Assembly (NCBI GenBank): GCA_964014485.1
Contig: CAXHAT010000209.1
Coordinates: 1 to 13,308 of the forward strand
DNA length: 13,308 nt
Direction: 5' to 3'
From: an uncultured Deferribacteres bacterium
GTDB taxonomy: Bacteria; Zhuqueibacterota; Zhuqueibacteria; Zhuqueibacterales; Geothermadaptataceae
In this document: positions 1 through 7,396 of the stretch, piece after piece
Layout: every line of letters starts with the position of its first letter
Position numbering within the stretch: the first letter of the stretch is position 1
The notes under the pieces: model-generated
Seen by the model: the letters and a program-made list of their open reading frames with translations, nothing else
Database searches by the model: none
Told to the model about the DNA's origin: nothing
Translations under genes and position numbers: made by a program

Positions 1-90
1 GAGTATAAACGCATCAAAGCCCGACTTCTTTCAAAATTAGGTTGACGCATATGCGACGATTCGGGATGGCGTTTGGAACTTGTTGTTTGG

Positions 91-117
91 GATTTAAGTT
101 TTGCCAAAACTTAAATC
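91..117. repeat. Perfect 12-bp inverted repeat (REP-like hairpin or possible terminator) downstream of lysY
   Basis: GATTTAAGTTTT-gcc-AAAACTTAAATC, 14 nt beyond the lysY stop; AT-rich stem, no U-tract on the minus strand. Confidence 0.7.
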
Positions 118-131
118 AACGGCAATTCGCT

Positions 132-1178
132 TTAAACCGGATGCAAACCGGGAAACTCCAGTCCGGTGCGTTCATCTAGGCCGTGCATGAGGTTGAACGC
201 TTGCAAAGCTTGCCCGGCGGCGCCTTTCATCAAATTGTCGATGGCGCTGATGGCCACGAGCCGCTTGGAGTACGGGTCTTTTTCAAAGCCAACGTCGCAG
301 TAATTCGTGCCGGAAAGCAGTTTCGGCTCCGGATAGCGATAGTGCCCGTCGCGCTCTTTGACGATGCGGATAAACGGTTCCGCGCCGTACGCTTCCCGAT
401 ACACTTTCCAAATATCTTTTTCGGCAAGATTCTCTTTCAAAAAAGTGTGGCAGGTCGCCAGCACGCCGCGCACCATATCGATGGCCGTCCCTGAAAAATG
501 AATTTGGATTTCACGCCCAAAGCTCAACTCCTGGATCATCTCCGCGACGTGCCGGTGGCCGGTCGGCATGAAAGACCGCACGCAACCGCTGCGTTCCGGG
601 TGGTGCGAAGCCCCGGAGGCGGCGTTGCCTGCTTCGCTCGATCCGACTTTAACTTCAACGATGGTTTTGTCCGGCTCGACAAGATCGTTTTTGAACAACG
701 GATACAGCGCAAGAATCGTCGTTGTGGCGTTGCAGCCCGCGCTTGAAACGAGATCAGCATTTTTCATTTCCTCGCGATGCAGTTCGGGAATGCCGTAGAC
801 GAATTTTTTGAGACTGTCAGGCTGAGCGTGCGGTTTGCGGTAAAATCGTTCGTACAACAGCGGATCGTTGAGCCGGAAATCAGCGCTGAGATCGATGATC
901 TTTCCCGCTTTTTCGCGATAAACGTCGACGTCTGTCATAGAACGCCCGTGGGGCAGACACAGGAAGAGCGCGTCGCAAGGTTCCAATTCCGCAAGAGAGC
1001 AAAACTTGAGCTTGCTCAATTTGCGCAGATTGGGGTGGGCTTTGTAAACGAATTTGCCGTCGAAGCGCTCGGACGTCGCTTGCTTGATTTCGACGTGGGG
1101 GTGAAAAAGCAGCAAACGCAGTAATTCCCCGCCTGCGTAGCCGGAAGCCCCGGCGATGGAAACGATTGTTTTTTTCAT
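132..1178 (-). CDS. lysY: [LysW]-aminoadipyl-phosphate reductase (ArgC/LysY family)
   Basis: 348 aa; GASGYAG Rossmann motif, LPHG, DLSADFRL, catalytic AGCNAT, SHHPER, GHRH, IDNLMKGAAGQA, C-terminal FPGLHP as in Thermus-type LysY; downstream of lysW-lysX. Confidence 0.93.
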   Translation of the reverse strand: MKKTIVSIAGASGYAGGELLRLLLFHPHVEIKQATSERFDGKFVYKAHPNLRKLSKLKFCSLAELEPCDALFLCLPHGRSMTDVDVYREKAGKIIDLSADFRLNDPLLYERFYRKPHAQPDSLKKFVYGIPELHREEMKNADLVSSAGCNATTTILALYPLFKNDLVEPDKTIVEVKVGSSEAGNAASGASHHPERSGCVRSFMPTGHRHVAEMIQELSFGREIQIHFSGTAIDMVRGVLATCHTFLKENLAEKDIWKVYREAYGAEPFIRIVKERDGHYRYPEPKLLSGTNYCDVGFEKDPYSKRLVAISAIDNLMKGAAGQALQAFNLMHGLDERTGLEFPGLHPV

Positions 1179-1245
1179 AAACGGAGTTTGCGAACAAAAT
1201 TGTTGTTTGAGTTGTTTTCTGCCCTCTGGCGGCGATGTTTTTCAA

Positions 1246-1346
1246 AACGCAGAGACGCAAAGGACGCTGAGAAACCAATTTTGAAGGATCAAAAACATCA
1301 GTTATTAAAACTCTGCGAAGCTCTCCGAGCTTTGCGTCTCGGCGTT
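1246..1346. repeat. Intergenic inverted-repeat element built from (A)CGCAGAG-like units
   Basis: Left arm AACGCAGAGACGCAAAG (1246-1262) matches the reverse complement of CTTTGCGTCTCGGCGTT (1330-1346) at 16/17; further degenerate units at 1263-1271 and 1311-1329; AT-rich core. Confidence 0.8.
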
Positions 1347-1395
1347 AAGTCACAAGTTCGAAAGACTATCCTTGATTGACGCCGGTTCGCCAATG

Positions 1396-2250
1396 TTAAG
1401 CGGCTCCGCCGTTTTTTTCAACCCGGATCACGTAATCGACGATTTTGGCCGGGATGTCGACGCCCGTCGTTTCGATGCTGTTTTTGAATTCCATGGTGTA
1501 GTTGATTTCATTGATCAGAAAACCGTCATCGCTTTCAAAAATATCGACCGCGACAATGCCGCCGCCGACGGCTTCCGCCGCGCGCAGGGAAATGTCGGCA
1601 ATTTCGTCGGTCACCTCGCATTTTGAAGCGACTGCGCCGCGCGCCGTGTTGGTGATCCAGTGCTCCGACGTGCGGTAAATCGCCGCAACGCACTCGTCGC
1701 CGACGACGAAGCTGCGAATATCCCGCCCATGTTTGTGAACGTATTTTTGAATATAAAAAATGGAATGGTGGTAGGTGCCGAGTACGGTTTTGTGCTCCAG
1801 CACCGCCTCAGCGGCGTCGCGGTCGTTAATTTTCGCCAGCAATCTTCCCCACGATCCGACCGCGGGTTTTAAGACGACGGGATATCCCAGCTTTTCGATG
1901 GCTTGCAAGGCCGTTTTTTCGGTAAACGCGACCATGGCTTTTGGCTGCGGAATGCGTCGTCTGGCGAGTGCGTCGGAAGTGAGAAGCTTGTCCCCGCAAA
2001 TCGTCGCAACTTTTGCCGTGTTGATGCAGCGAATTCCAGCGGCTTCAAAAAGGGTGAGCGCGTGCAAGGCGCGGGAGTGGTTTATACTGCGTTCGAGCAC
2101 AATGTCAAGGTCGAAACGATCATTGCCAAGATCGAAAATCAACGCGCGATCATCGATCATCACCAATTCTATTTCTTTTCTGGCTTTGAACGCTTGCAGC
2201 AGCAGTTTTTCGTCCTTGCGCAAGACGGAGTGTAAAAAACCGACTTTCAT
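1396..2250 (-). CDS. lysX: Alpha-aminoadipate--LysW ligase (RimK-family ATP-grasp)
   Basis: 284 aa from the ATG at 2250, which overlaps the lysW stop (TAATG); motifs [54 protein letters not shown]. Confidence 0.94.
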   Translation of the reverse strand: MKVGFLHSVLRKDEKLLLQAFKARKEIELVMIDDRALIFDLGNDRFDLDIVLERSINHSRALHALTLFEAAGIRCINTAKVATICGDKLLTSDALARRRIPQPKAMVAFTEKTALQAIEKLGYPVVLKPAVGSWGRLLAKINDRDAAEAVLEHKTVLGTYHHSIFYIQKYVHKHGRDIRSFVVGDECVAAIYRTSEHWITNTARGAVASKCEVTDEIADISLRAAEAVGGGIVAVDIFESDDGFLINEINYTMEFKNSIETTGVDIPAKIVDYVIRVEKNGGAA

Positions 2251-2423
2251 TATTCGCCCCAATCCTCTTCGGTTTGCGGCGCTTCAGCAATTTCGAACGG
2301 CTCCAGTTTAACGACTTCAAGTTCCGAGCCGCAGTCTTCGCATGAAATCAATTCCGATTCAACGGTATCTTCAACGCGTTCGATTTCCGCCCCGCAAACA
2401 GGGCATTCGGCTGTTTTGTTCAT
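2250..2423 (-). CDS. lysW: Amino-group carrier protein LysW (57 aa; not in ORF track)
   Basis: Manual translation [57 protein letters not shown]; two CxxC zinc-ribbon motifs, acidic, C-terminal EDWGE; AAGGA RBS upstream. Confidence 0.97.
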   Translation of the reverse strand: MNKTAECPVCGAEIERVEDTVESELISCEDCGSELEVVKLEPFEIAEAPQTEEDWGE

Positions 2424-2551
2424 GATGATTTCCTTTGTTTTGAAATGAGCGTACCGTCATATTTAAAGCGGTCATTTATTGAAAAACCGCGTGATAAATT
2501 TACTTTGCGTAAAAACTACTTAAACTCGGCAGGTTGAGCAAGACGATTGAT

Positions 2552-3622
2552 ATGAAAAAAGTAAAAAAAGCCGTTTTCCTTATTTTGTTGCTTATCATCG
2601 CCGTGTTTGCGTTTGGACTGAAAACTTACCACGACGCCGGAGAGTTTAAAACGCTTGATTTTCATTTTGACGGCGAGAGCCGCGTTGTTGGCGGCCTGTT
2701 GAGTTCGGAAGATATTACGATCGATTACGCGAGTGGACGCGCGTTCATTTCTTCAGCAGATCGACGTTCACGTTGGTCTGGAAAAGCGCCGCAGAACGGT
2801 GATGTTTTTGTGTATGATCTCGGTGCATTGGAGAGCGGGCAAGCAACGCCCTTGAACTTGAACCTGCAACTCTCGCACAAATTCAATCCGCACGGGATAG
2901 ACGTCTTTCGCAATGAAGCCGGAGAGCTCACGCTGTTGGCCGTCAACCATAATGAAAACGGTCATTTTATTGAAATTTTCCGGGAGCAAGACAGCTTGTT
3001 CGTTCACGAAGCTTCCATCCGGGATTCGTTGATGCACAGCCCCAATGACGTTGTCGCCGTGGACGAGAATCGGTTTTATGTGACAAACGATCACGGAAAC
3101 GTGACGGCGTTAGGCAAAACGTTTGAGGATTACTTGCAGCTCAATAGATCATACCTGCTTTACTATGACGGAGTACGTTTTCGAAAAGTCGCCGAAGGTT
3201 TCGCCTATGCGAACGGGGTGAATATCAGCCGAGACGGAAAATCTGTTTACGTTGCGGCAACGGTTGACGGCGAGATTTCCGTTTTTGATCGGGATTTGAA
3301 AAACGGCGACTTGCGTCTGATAGAAAAAATCGACCTTAAGACCGGCGTGGATAACATCGAAGTCGACGAGAATGGAAACCTGTGGATCGGCGCGCACCCG
3401 CAGATGCTGACATTTATCGCACATTCGAAAGATGCGAACGCGCTCTCACCGTCACAGGTTTTTCGTTTGGAACGAAACGCAAACGGCGAATTCAGCGCCG
3501 CAGAAATCTATCTCGAAAAGGGAGAAATGCTTTCCGGCTCAAGCGTCGCTGTGGTTTATGGCGAGACGTTGTTGATCGGCGCGGTTTTCGATCCGAAGTT
3601 TCTTGTGTGTAAAATGAGATAG
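2552..3622 (+). CDS. Paraoxonase-like calcium-dependent lactonase/arylesterase (six-bladed beta-propeller) with N-terminal signal/anchor
   Basis: Likely start ATG 2552 (MKKVKK plus hydrophobic stretch); motifs SSEDI, FNPHGI, AVNH, PNDVVAV, FYVTNDH, ANGVNIS, VDNI, LWIGAHP, GSSVA, colinear with PON-family motifs. Confidence 0.85.
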   Translation: MKKVKKAVFLILLLIIAVFAFGLKTYHDAGEFKTLDFHFDGESRVVGGLLSSEDITIDYASGRAFISSADRRSRWSGKAPQNGDVFVYDLGALESGQATPLNLNLQLSHKFNPHGIDVFRNEAGELTLLAVNHNENGHFIEIFREQDSLFVHEASIRDSLMHSPNDVVAVDENRFYVTNDHGNVTALGKTFEDYLQLNRSYLLYYDGVRFRKVAEGFAYANGVNISRDGKSVYVAATVDGEISVFDRDLKNGDLRLIEKIDLKTGVDNIEVDENGNLWIGAHPQMLTFIAHSKDANALSPSQVFRLERNANGEFSAAEIYLEKGEMLSGSSVAVVYGETLLIGAVFDPKFLVCKMR

Positions 3623-3634
3623 TCGATCAACGTT

Positions 3635-4231
3635 TTATTGCGCCTCAGGTGGAGGTAGAAAAGTTAAGCCGTATTTCTTGCCGATTTCCTGAACTTTGGC
3701 GCGATCCAACGGCGCGTCTTTGGGCAACTGATCCACTTCTTCGAAGAATTGTTCAAATCCGCCTGGCGTAATGGTGTTCAGTAGCTTGCCAGTCGTTTCG
3801 CCGATATTGCGAAAACTATGAGGGATTTTGCGCGGCAGCACGACAACCGCATCCTTCGAGACGACGACGGTTTCGTCGCCGTACTTAAATTCATATTCGC
3901 CTTCGACGACGTAAAAAAGCTCGTCTTCGTTTTCATGGACGTGCGGCGGCGGTCCCCCGTTCGGAGGCGTAGAGCTGATGATCACTGAATACTGCCCGTT
4001 TGTCTCAGCGCTCATGATTTTTCCGGCGATTTCCAGTCCGAAAATTTTCCAAACCTTTCCGGCGTTTCCAGCAACGACAATCGGTTTTTCAATTAATTTG
4101 TAGCCGGAGAATTGCTCAAATCCGTCTGATTTTGGTTCTGTATCCGGCGTATCGCAAGCCGTCATGACAAACACCGAAAATAACGCCGGGATAAGCGAGC
4201 GCCTCAAAGGCTTTTTTGAAAACAAGTTCAT
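3635..4231 (-). CDS. Cupin-domain lipoprotein (quercetinase-like cupin fold)
   Basis: 198 aa; basic N-terminus, hydrophobic stretch and lipobox-like MTA-C26; cupin motif 1 GGPPPHVHENEDELFYVVEG and motif 2 LPRKIPHSFRN; TPGGFEQFF. Confidence 0.82.
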   Translation of the reverse strand: MNLFSKKPLRRSLIPALFSVFVMTACDTPDTEPKSDGFEQFSGYKLIEKPIVVAGNAGKVWKIFGLEIAGKIMSAETNGQYSVIISSTPPNGGPPPHVHENEDELFYVVEGEYEFKYGDETVVVSKDAVVVLPRKIPHSFRNIGETTGKLLNTITPGGFEQFFEEVDQLPKDAPLDRAKVQEIGKKYGLTFLPPPEAQ

Positions 4232-4285
4232 AGTCCAATCCGGTTGAAAATTCGAAATTTAAAGTCTCCGGTTTCCCGTCACTGT

Positions 4286-4403
4286 GGGCTGTCCAAAAAC
4301 ATAGTCTCTGAATGCAAGGCATACAATATGTCGTAGGGGTTCAATATTTTGAACCCCTACATATGGTGTAGCGCATCAAAAATATTATGTTTTGAGACGC
4401 CCC
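4286..4403. mobile_element. Possible MITE/REPIN-like non-autonomous element
   Basis: Imperfect terminal inverted repeats: GGGCTGTCCAAAAACATAGT (4286-4305) vs reverse complement of 4384-4403 GGGGCGTCTCAAAACATAAT (15/20), enclosing a central perfect palindrome. Confidence 0.4.
4333..4360. repeat. GTAG-type REP-like palindrome
   Basis: GTAGGGGTTCAA-tatt-TTGAACCCCTAC, perfect 12-bp arms beginning GTAG and ending CTAC, between divergent genes. Confidence 0.75.
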
Positions 4404-4537
4404 CACTCAGAAAAAAGAATTATTCATTCGACGCGAAGGATGAAGAAGAAAATTTTGTTTAAGTCCAAACGTTCTCGCACATATGCCCGGCACAAATTTT
4501 TTCTTGTTCATTTTACCGACGACATGTAGATTGACGC

Positions 4538-5377
4538 ATGTCTAAAAAATATTTTATTGGCGTTTCAGGTTGGTCGCACCCAGAATGGAAGGGCGCATTT
4601 CTGCCGGAAAAACTTAATCCGACCATTTCCGAACTTCAATTTTATTCCAGATTTTTCAACGTTGTCGAAACGGCGACGACATTTTATCATCCTCAATCAG
4701 CGGACGCCTCGCGACGCTGGCTGGAAGAAACGGCGCACAGGCCGGACTTTCGATTTGTCGTCAAGTTGTGGCAGAAGTTGGTTGAAGAACAAAGCCCGTA
4801 CGAGTTAGAAGACGTTCAGCGCGTTTGTTCCGGCTTGGACGTCTTGCTGGAATCGGGGAAATTGGGGGCCTTACTTTTAGCGTTTCCCGCCGCCTTCGAT
4901 TTTTCTCTTGAAAACAGATCATGGCTTTTTCGATTAAAAACGACGTTCAAAAAATACCCCATTGTCGCGGAATTACAGCACGCGTCCTGGAGCAAGAAGG
5001 ATGCACAAATATTTTTAGGCGAACAAGCCGTGCATAGACTTGAATCGTTTTCAACCAAGCACGTTGAAGATGAAAGCCACGGCACTCAAGACGTGCGTTT
5101 TTTCAGGTTGGCTGGACTCAATTCCGATGAAAGCGAGTTGCGGGAGTTTCTGGCGGAGGCGAGTAAAAGTTTTGCAAATGAAAACTTCCTTGTTTTTAGC
5201 GCAGAGAGCGGCGTTGCGTCGGTGAAGGCGGCGTTTCAGGCTCGTGCTGAAATTGAAAAGCAAAAGGTGGTTATGCCGAAAGAAATGCTTTTGGCGGAGC
5301 CGGATTTATTGGAAATCGGCATGACGGAACACACGGATCAGCTCGATTTTTTCGATGCATTCACGAAGCGGCCTTGA
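4538..5377 (+). CDS. DUF72 (YecE-like) domain protein, divergent
   Basis: 279 aa; IGVSGWSHPEWKG, LQFYSRFFNVVE-TFY, FRFVVKL, GKLGALLLAFP, AELQHASW; C-terminal QLDFF. Confidence 0.82.
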   Translation: MSKKYFIGVSGWSHPEWKGAFLPEKLNPTISELQFYSRFFNVVETATTFYHPQSADASRRWLEETAHRPDFRFVVKLWQKLVEEQSPYELEDVQRVCSGLDVLLESGKLGALLLAFPAAFDFSLENRSWLFRLKTTFKKYPIVAELQHASWSKKDAQIFLGEQAVHRLESFSTKHVEDESHGTQDVRFFRLAGLNSDESELREFLAEASKSFANENFLVFSAESGVASVKAAFQARAEIEKQKVVMPKEMLLAEPDLLEIGMTEHTDQLDFFDAFTKRP

Positions 5378-5423
5378 TCGTGTTGAGTCTGAAAACGACA
5401 AATTTCAGGCAGACAGTTATCGC

Positions 5424-5452
5424 TTTACTTTTTTAGACGCAACTTTTACATT
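5424..5452 (+). promoter_or_regulatory. Putative sigma70-type promoter for the oxidoreductase operon
   Basis: TTTACT (5424-5429), 17-bp spacer, TACATT (5447-5452), about 100 nt upstream of the GTG start. Confidence 0.35.
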
Positions 5453-5554
5453 CGCCCTTGATATTTTTTGTGAAAAGGAAAAGGACTGCCTGTAGATTAT
5501 CCAGATACCGGACAAATCGATTGGACGCCAAACTCAGATTAAGGAAGTAAACAA

Positions 5555-7390
5555 GTGAGTACCTCAGAAGCTGAATTCCAACCTGCGGAACTGGAAACAA
5601 CGACGAAAGTCAATGATATTGTGATTCATGTGGCGACCGTCAACGGTTCAGGCAGCCAAAGTTCTAACAACACACTGCTGCGCTCCATTTTTCAAATGGG
5701 GATCCCAGTCAGCGGCAAAAACCTTTTTCCTTCCAATATTCAAGGTCTCCCAACCTGGTTTACAATCCGTGCGAATAAGGATGCGTTTATCGCCAGGCGC
5801 GAAAATGTTGACTTGCTCGTTGCGATGAACCCGGAAACGGCCCATTCGGACTTATTGAAAATGAAGCCGGGCTCAATGGTCGTTTATGACCAGCCGCTTC
5901 GCCTCGATTCTTTACGCGAAGACGTGGTTTTCTTTCCGGTGCCTTTTACAAAGCTTGTCACGCCGATTGTTGACAAGCCAAAAATTCGAAAACTTGTCCG
6001 CAATATGATCTATGTTGGCGTTGTCGCGCGCATTCTTGATATTGAAATGGATGAAGTTAAGGCCGCGCTGGCAAAGCAGTTTTCCACGAAACCCAAAGCG
6101 GCTGAACTCAATTTCAAAGCAGCTGAGGTCGGGTATGAATTCGCTGAGAACAACCTGCCCTCGCAAAAGCAACATGCGCTGAAGCGTATGAATGAAACGG
6201 CCGGAAAAATTATCATTGACGGCAACGCCGCTGCAGCGCTTGGCTGCATGTATGCAGGCGTAACCGTCGCGACCTGGTACCCGATCACCCCGTCATCTTC
6301 TCTTGTCGAATCATTAATCGGCTACATGCAAAAGCATCGACTTGATCCTGAAACAGGCAAAGCGACTTTTGCCGTTGTACAAGCGGAAGACGAACTTGCC
6401 GCGCTTGGCATGGTCGTCGGCGCCGGCTGGGCGGGAGCGCGCGCAATGACGGCGACTTCCGGGCCGGGAATTTCTCTCATGTCTGAATTCAGCGGGCTGT
6501 CCTATTTCGCCGAAATCCCCGCCGTTGTTTTCGACGTTCAGCGCGTCGGGCCGTCCACGGGCTTGCCGACCCGAACAATGCAGGGCGATTTGATTTCGAC
6601 GGCGCTGCTTTCACACGGCGACACAAAACACATCTTACTTTTCCCTTACTCGCCGGAGGATATTTTTGAAATTTCAGGCCTTGCGTTCGATTTGGCGGAG
6701 GAGCTTCAGACGTTGGTGTTTGTGATGACCGACCTTGATCTGGGCATGAATAATTGGATGGCTGATCCGTTCGAATATCCGGAAAAACCATTCAATCGCG
6801 GCAAAGTTTTGGACGCGGAAGCGCTGGCTAAACTGGAAGACTACGGGCGATACAAAGACGTTGACGGCGACGGCATTCCATACAGAACGCTGCCGGGAAC
6901 GAAGCATCCGAAAGCGCCTTATTTTACGCGCGGAACAGGCCATGATGAATATGCGCGCTATACGGAAGACAGCGTCAATTACAAGAACTCGCTTTCTCGG
7001 CTCGAGAAAAAGTATGAAACGGCAAAAACGAAAGTTCCCAAACCGGTCGTCGAGACAATGGACGGTGCGAAAATCGGGATTATTGCCTGCGGCACAAGTC
7101 ATTGGCCGCTGGTTGAAACCCGCGCCGTTTTAAACGACAAGCACGAGATGAAAACGGATTACATGCGTCTTCGCGCCTATCCGTTTACGCAAGAAGTCGT
7201 AGACTTTATCGACGCTCATGATCGCGTTTATGTCATTGATCAAAACCGTGACAGGCAACTGCTTTCTTTGATGCGAATGGATTTCCCGCCGGAACGAACG
7301 GCAAAGCTGCGAAGCATTCGCCAGTTTGACGGTATGCCGCTTTCAACGGATTTTCTGATCAGCGAATTTTTGGCAAACGAAAAGGAATAG
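5555..7390 (+). CDS. korA: 2-oxoacid:ferredoxin oxidoreductase subunit alpha (gamma-alpha fused, KorA-like)
   Basis: 611 aa; GTG start with AAGGA RBS at 5541; N-terminal gamma domain (NGSGSQS), YPITP, QAEDELAA, TATSGPG, QRVGPSTGLPT; substrate not determinable from sequence. Confidence 0.9.
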   Translation: MSTSEAEFQPAELETTTKVNDIVIHVATVNGSGSQSSNNTLLRSIFQMGIPVSGKNLFPSNIQGLPTWFTIRANKDAFIARRENVDLLVAMNPETAHSDLLKMKPGSMVVYDQPLRLDSLREDVVFFPVPFTKLVTPIVDKPKIRKLVRNMIYVGVVARILDIEMDEVKAALAKQFSTKPKAAELNFKAAEVGYEFAENNLPSQKQHALKRMNETAGKIIIDGNAAAALGCMYAGVTVATWYPITPSSSLVESLIGYMQKHRLDPETGKATFAVVQAEDELAALGMVVGAGWAGARAMTATSGPGISLMSEFSGLSYFAEIPAVVFDVQRVGPSTGLPTRTMQGDLISTALLSHGDTKHILLFPYSPEDIFEISGLAFDLAEELQTLVFVMTDLDLGMNNWMADPFEYPEKPFNRGKVLDAEALAKLEDYGRYKDVDGDGIPYRTLPGTKHPKAPYFTRGTGHDEYARYTEDSVNYKNSLSRLEKKYETAKTKVPKPVVETMDGAKIGIIACGTSHWPLVETRAVLNDKHEMKTDYMRLRAYPFTQEVVDFIDAHDRVYVIDQNRDRQLLSLMRMDFPPERTAKLRSIRQFDGMPLSTDFLISEFLANEKE

Positions 7391-7396
7391 AGCATT

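Noticed and set aside
1..50. Possible start of the next minus-strand gene (MRQPNFERSRALMRLY...)
   Set aside because: Too short to judge, no clear RBS, and it does not resemble the expected LysZ N-terminus (VVKxGG).
1188..1379. 63-aa + ORF in the lysX-lysY spacer
   Set aside because: It translates the inverted-repeat element (RRDAKDAE / LCEALRALRLGV) and is antisense to the operon.
183..2311. Numerous short + strand and alternate-frame ORFs over lysY/lysX, and similar ones over other genes
   Set aside because: They overlap well-supported genes and lack motifs; consistent with shadow ORFs.
2424..2551. Lysine attenuator leader peptide or lysine riboswitch upstream of lysW
   Set aside because: No short Lys-rich ORF or terminator/antiterminator on the minus strand; the spacer is short and shared with the divergent gene.
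4404..4537. LexA/SOS box upstream of DUF72
   Set aside because: No match found by eye to CTGT-N8-ACAG, GAAC-N4-GTTC or GTTC-N7-GTTC.
5387..5410. Hairpin GTCTGAAA...TTTCAGGC after DUF72 as a terminator
   Set aside because: Weak 8-bp stem with no adjacent U-tract.
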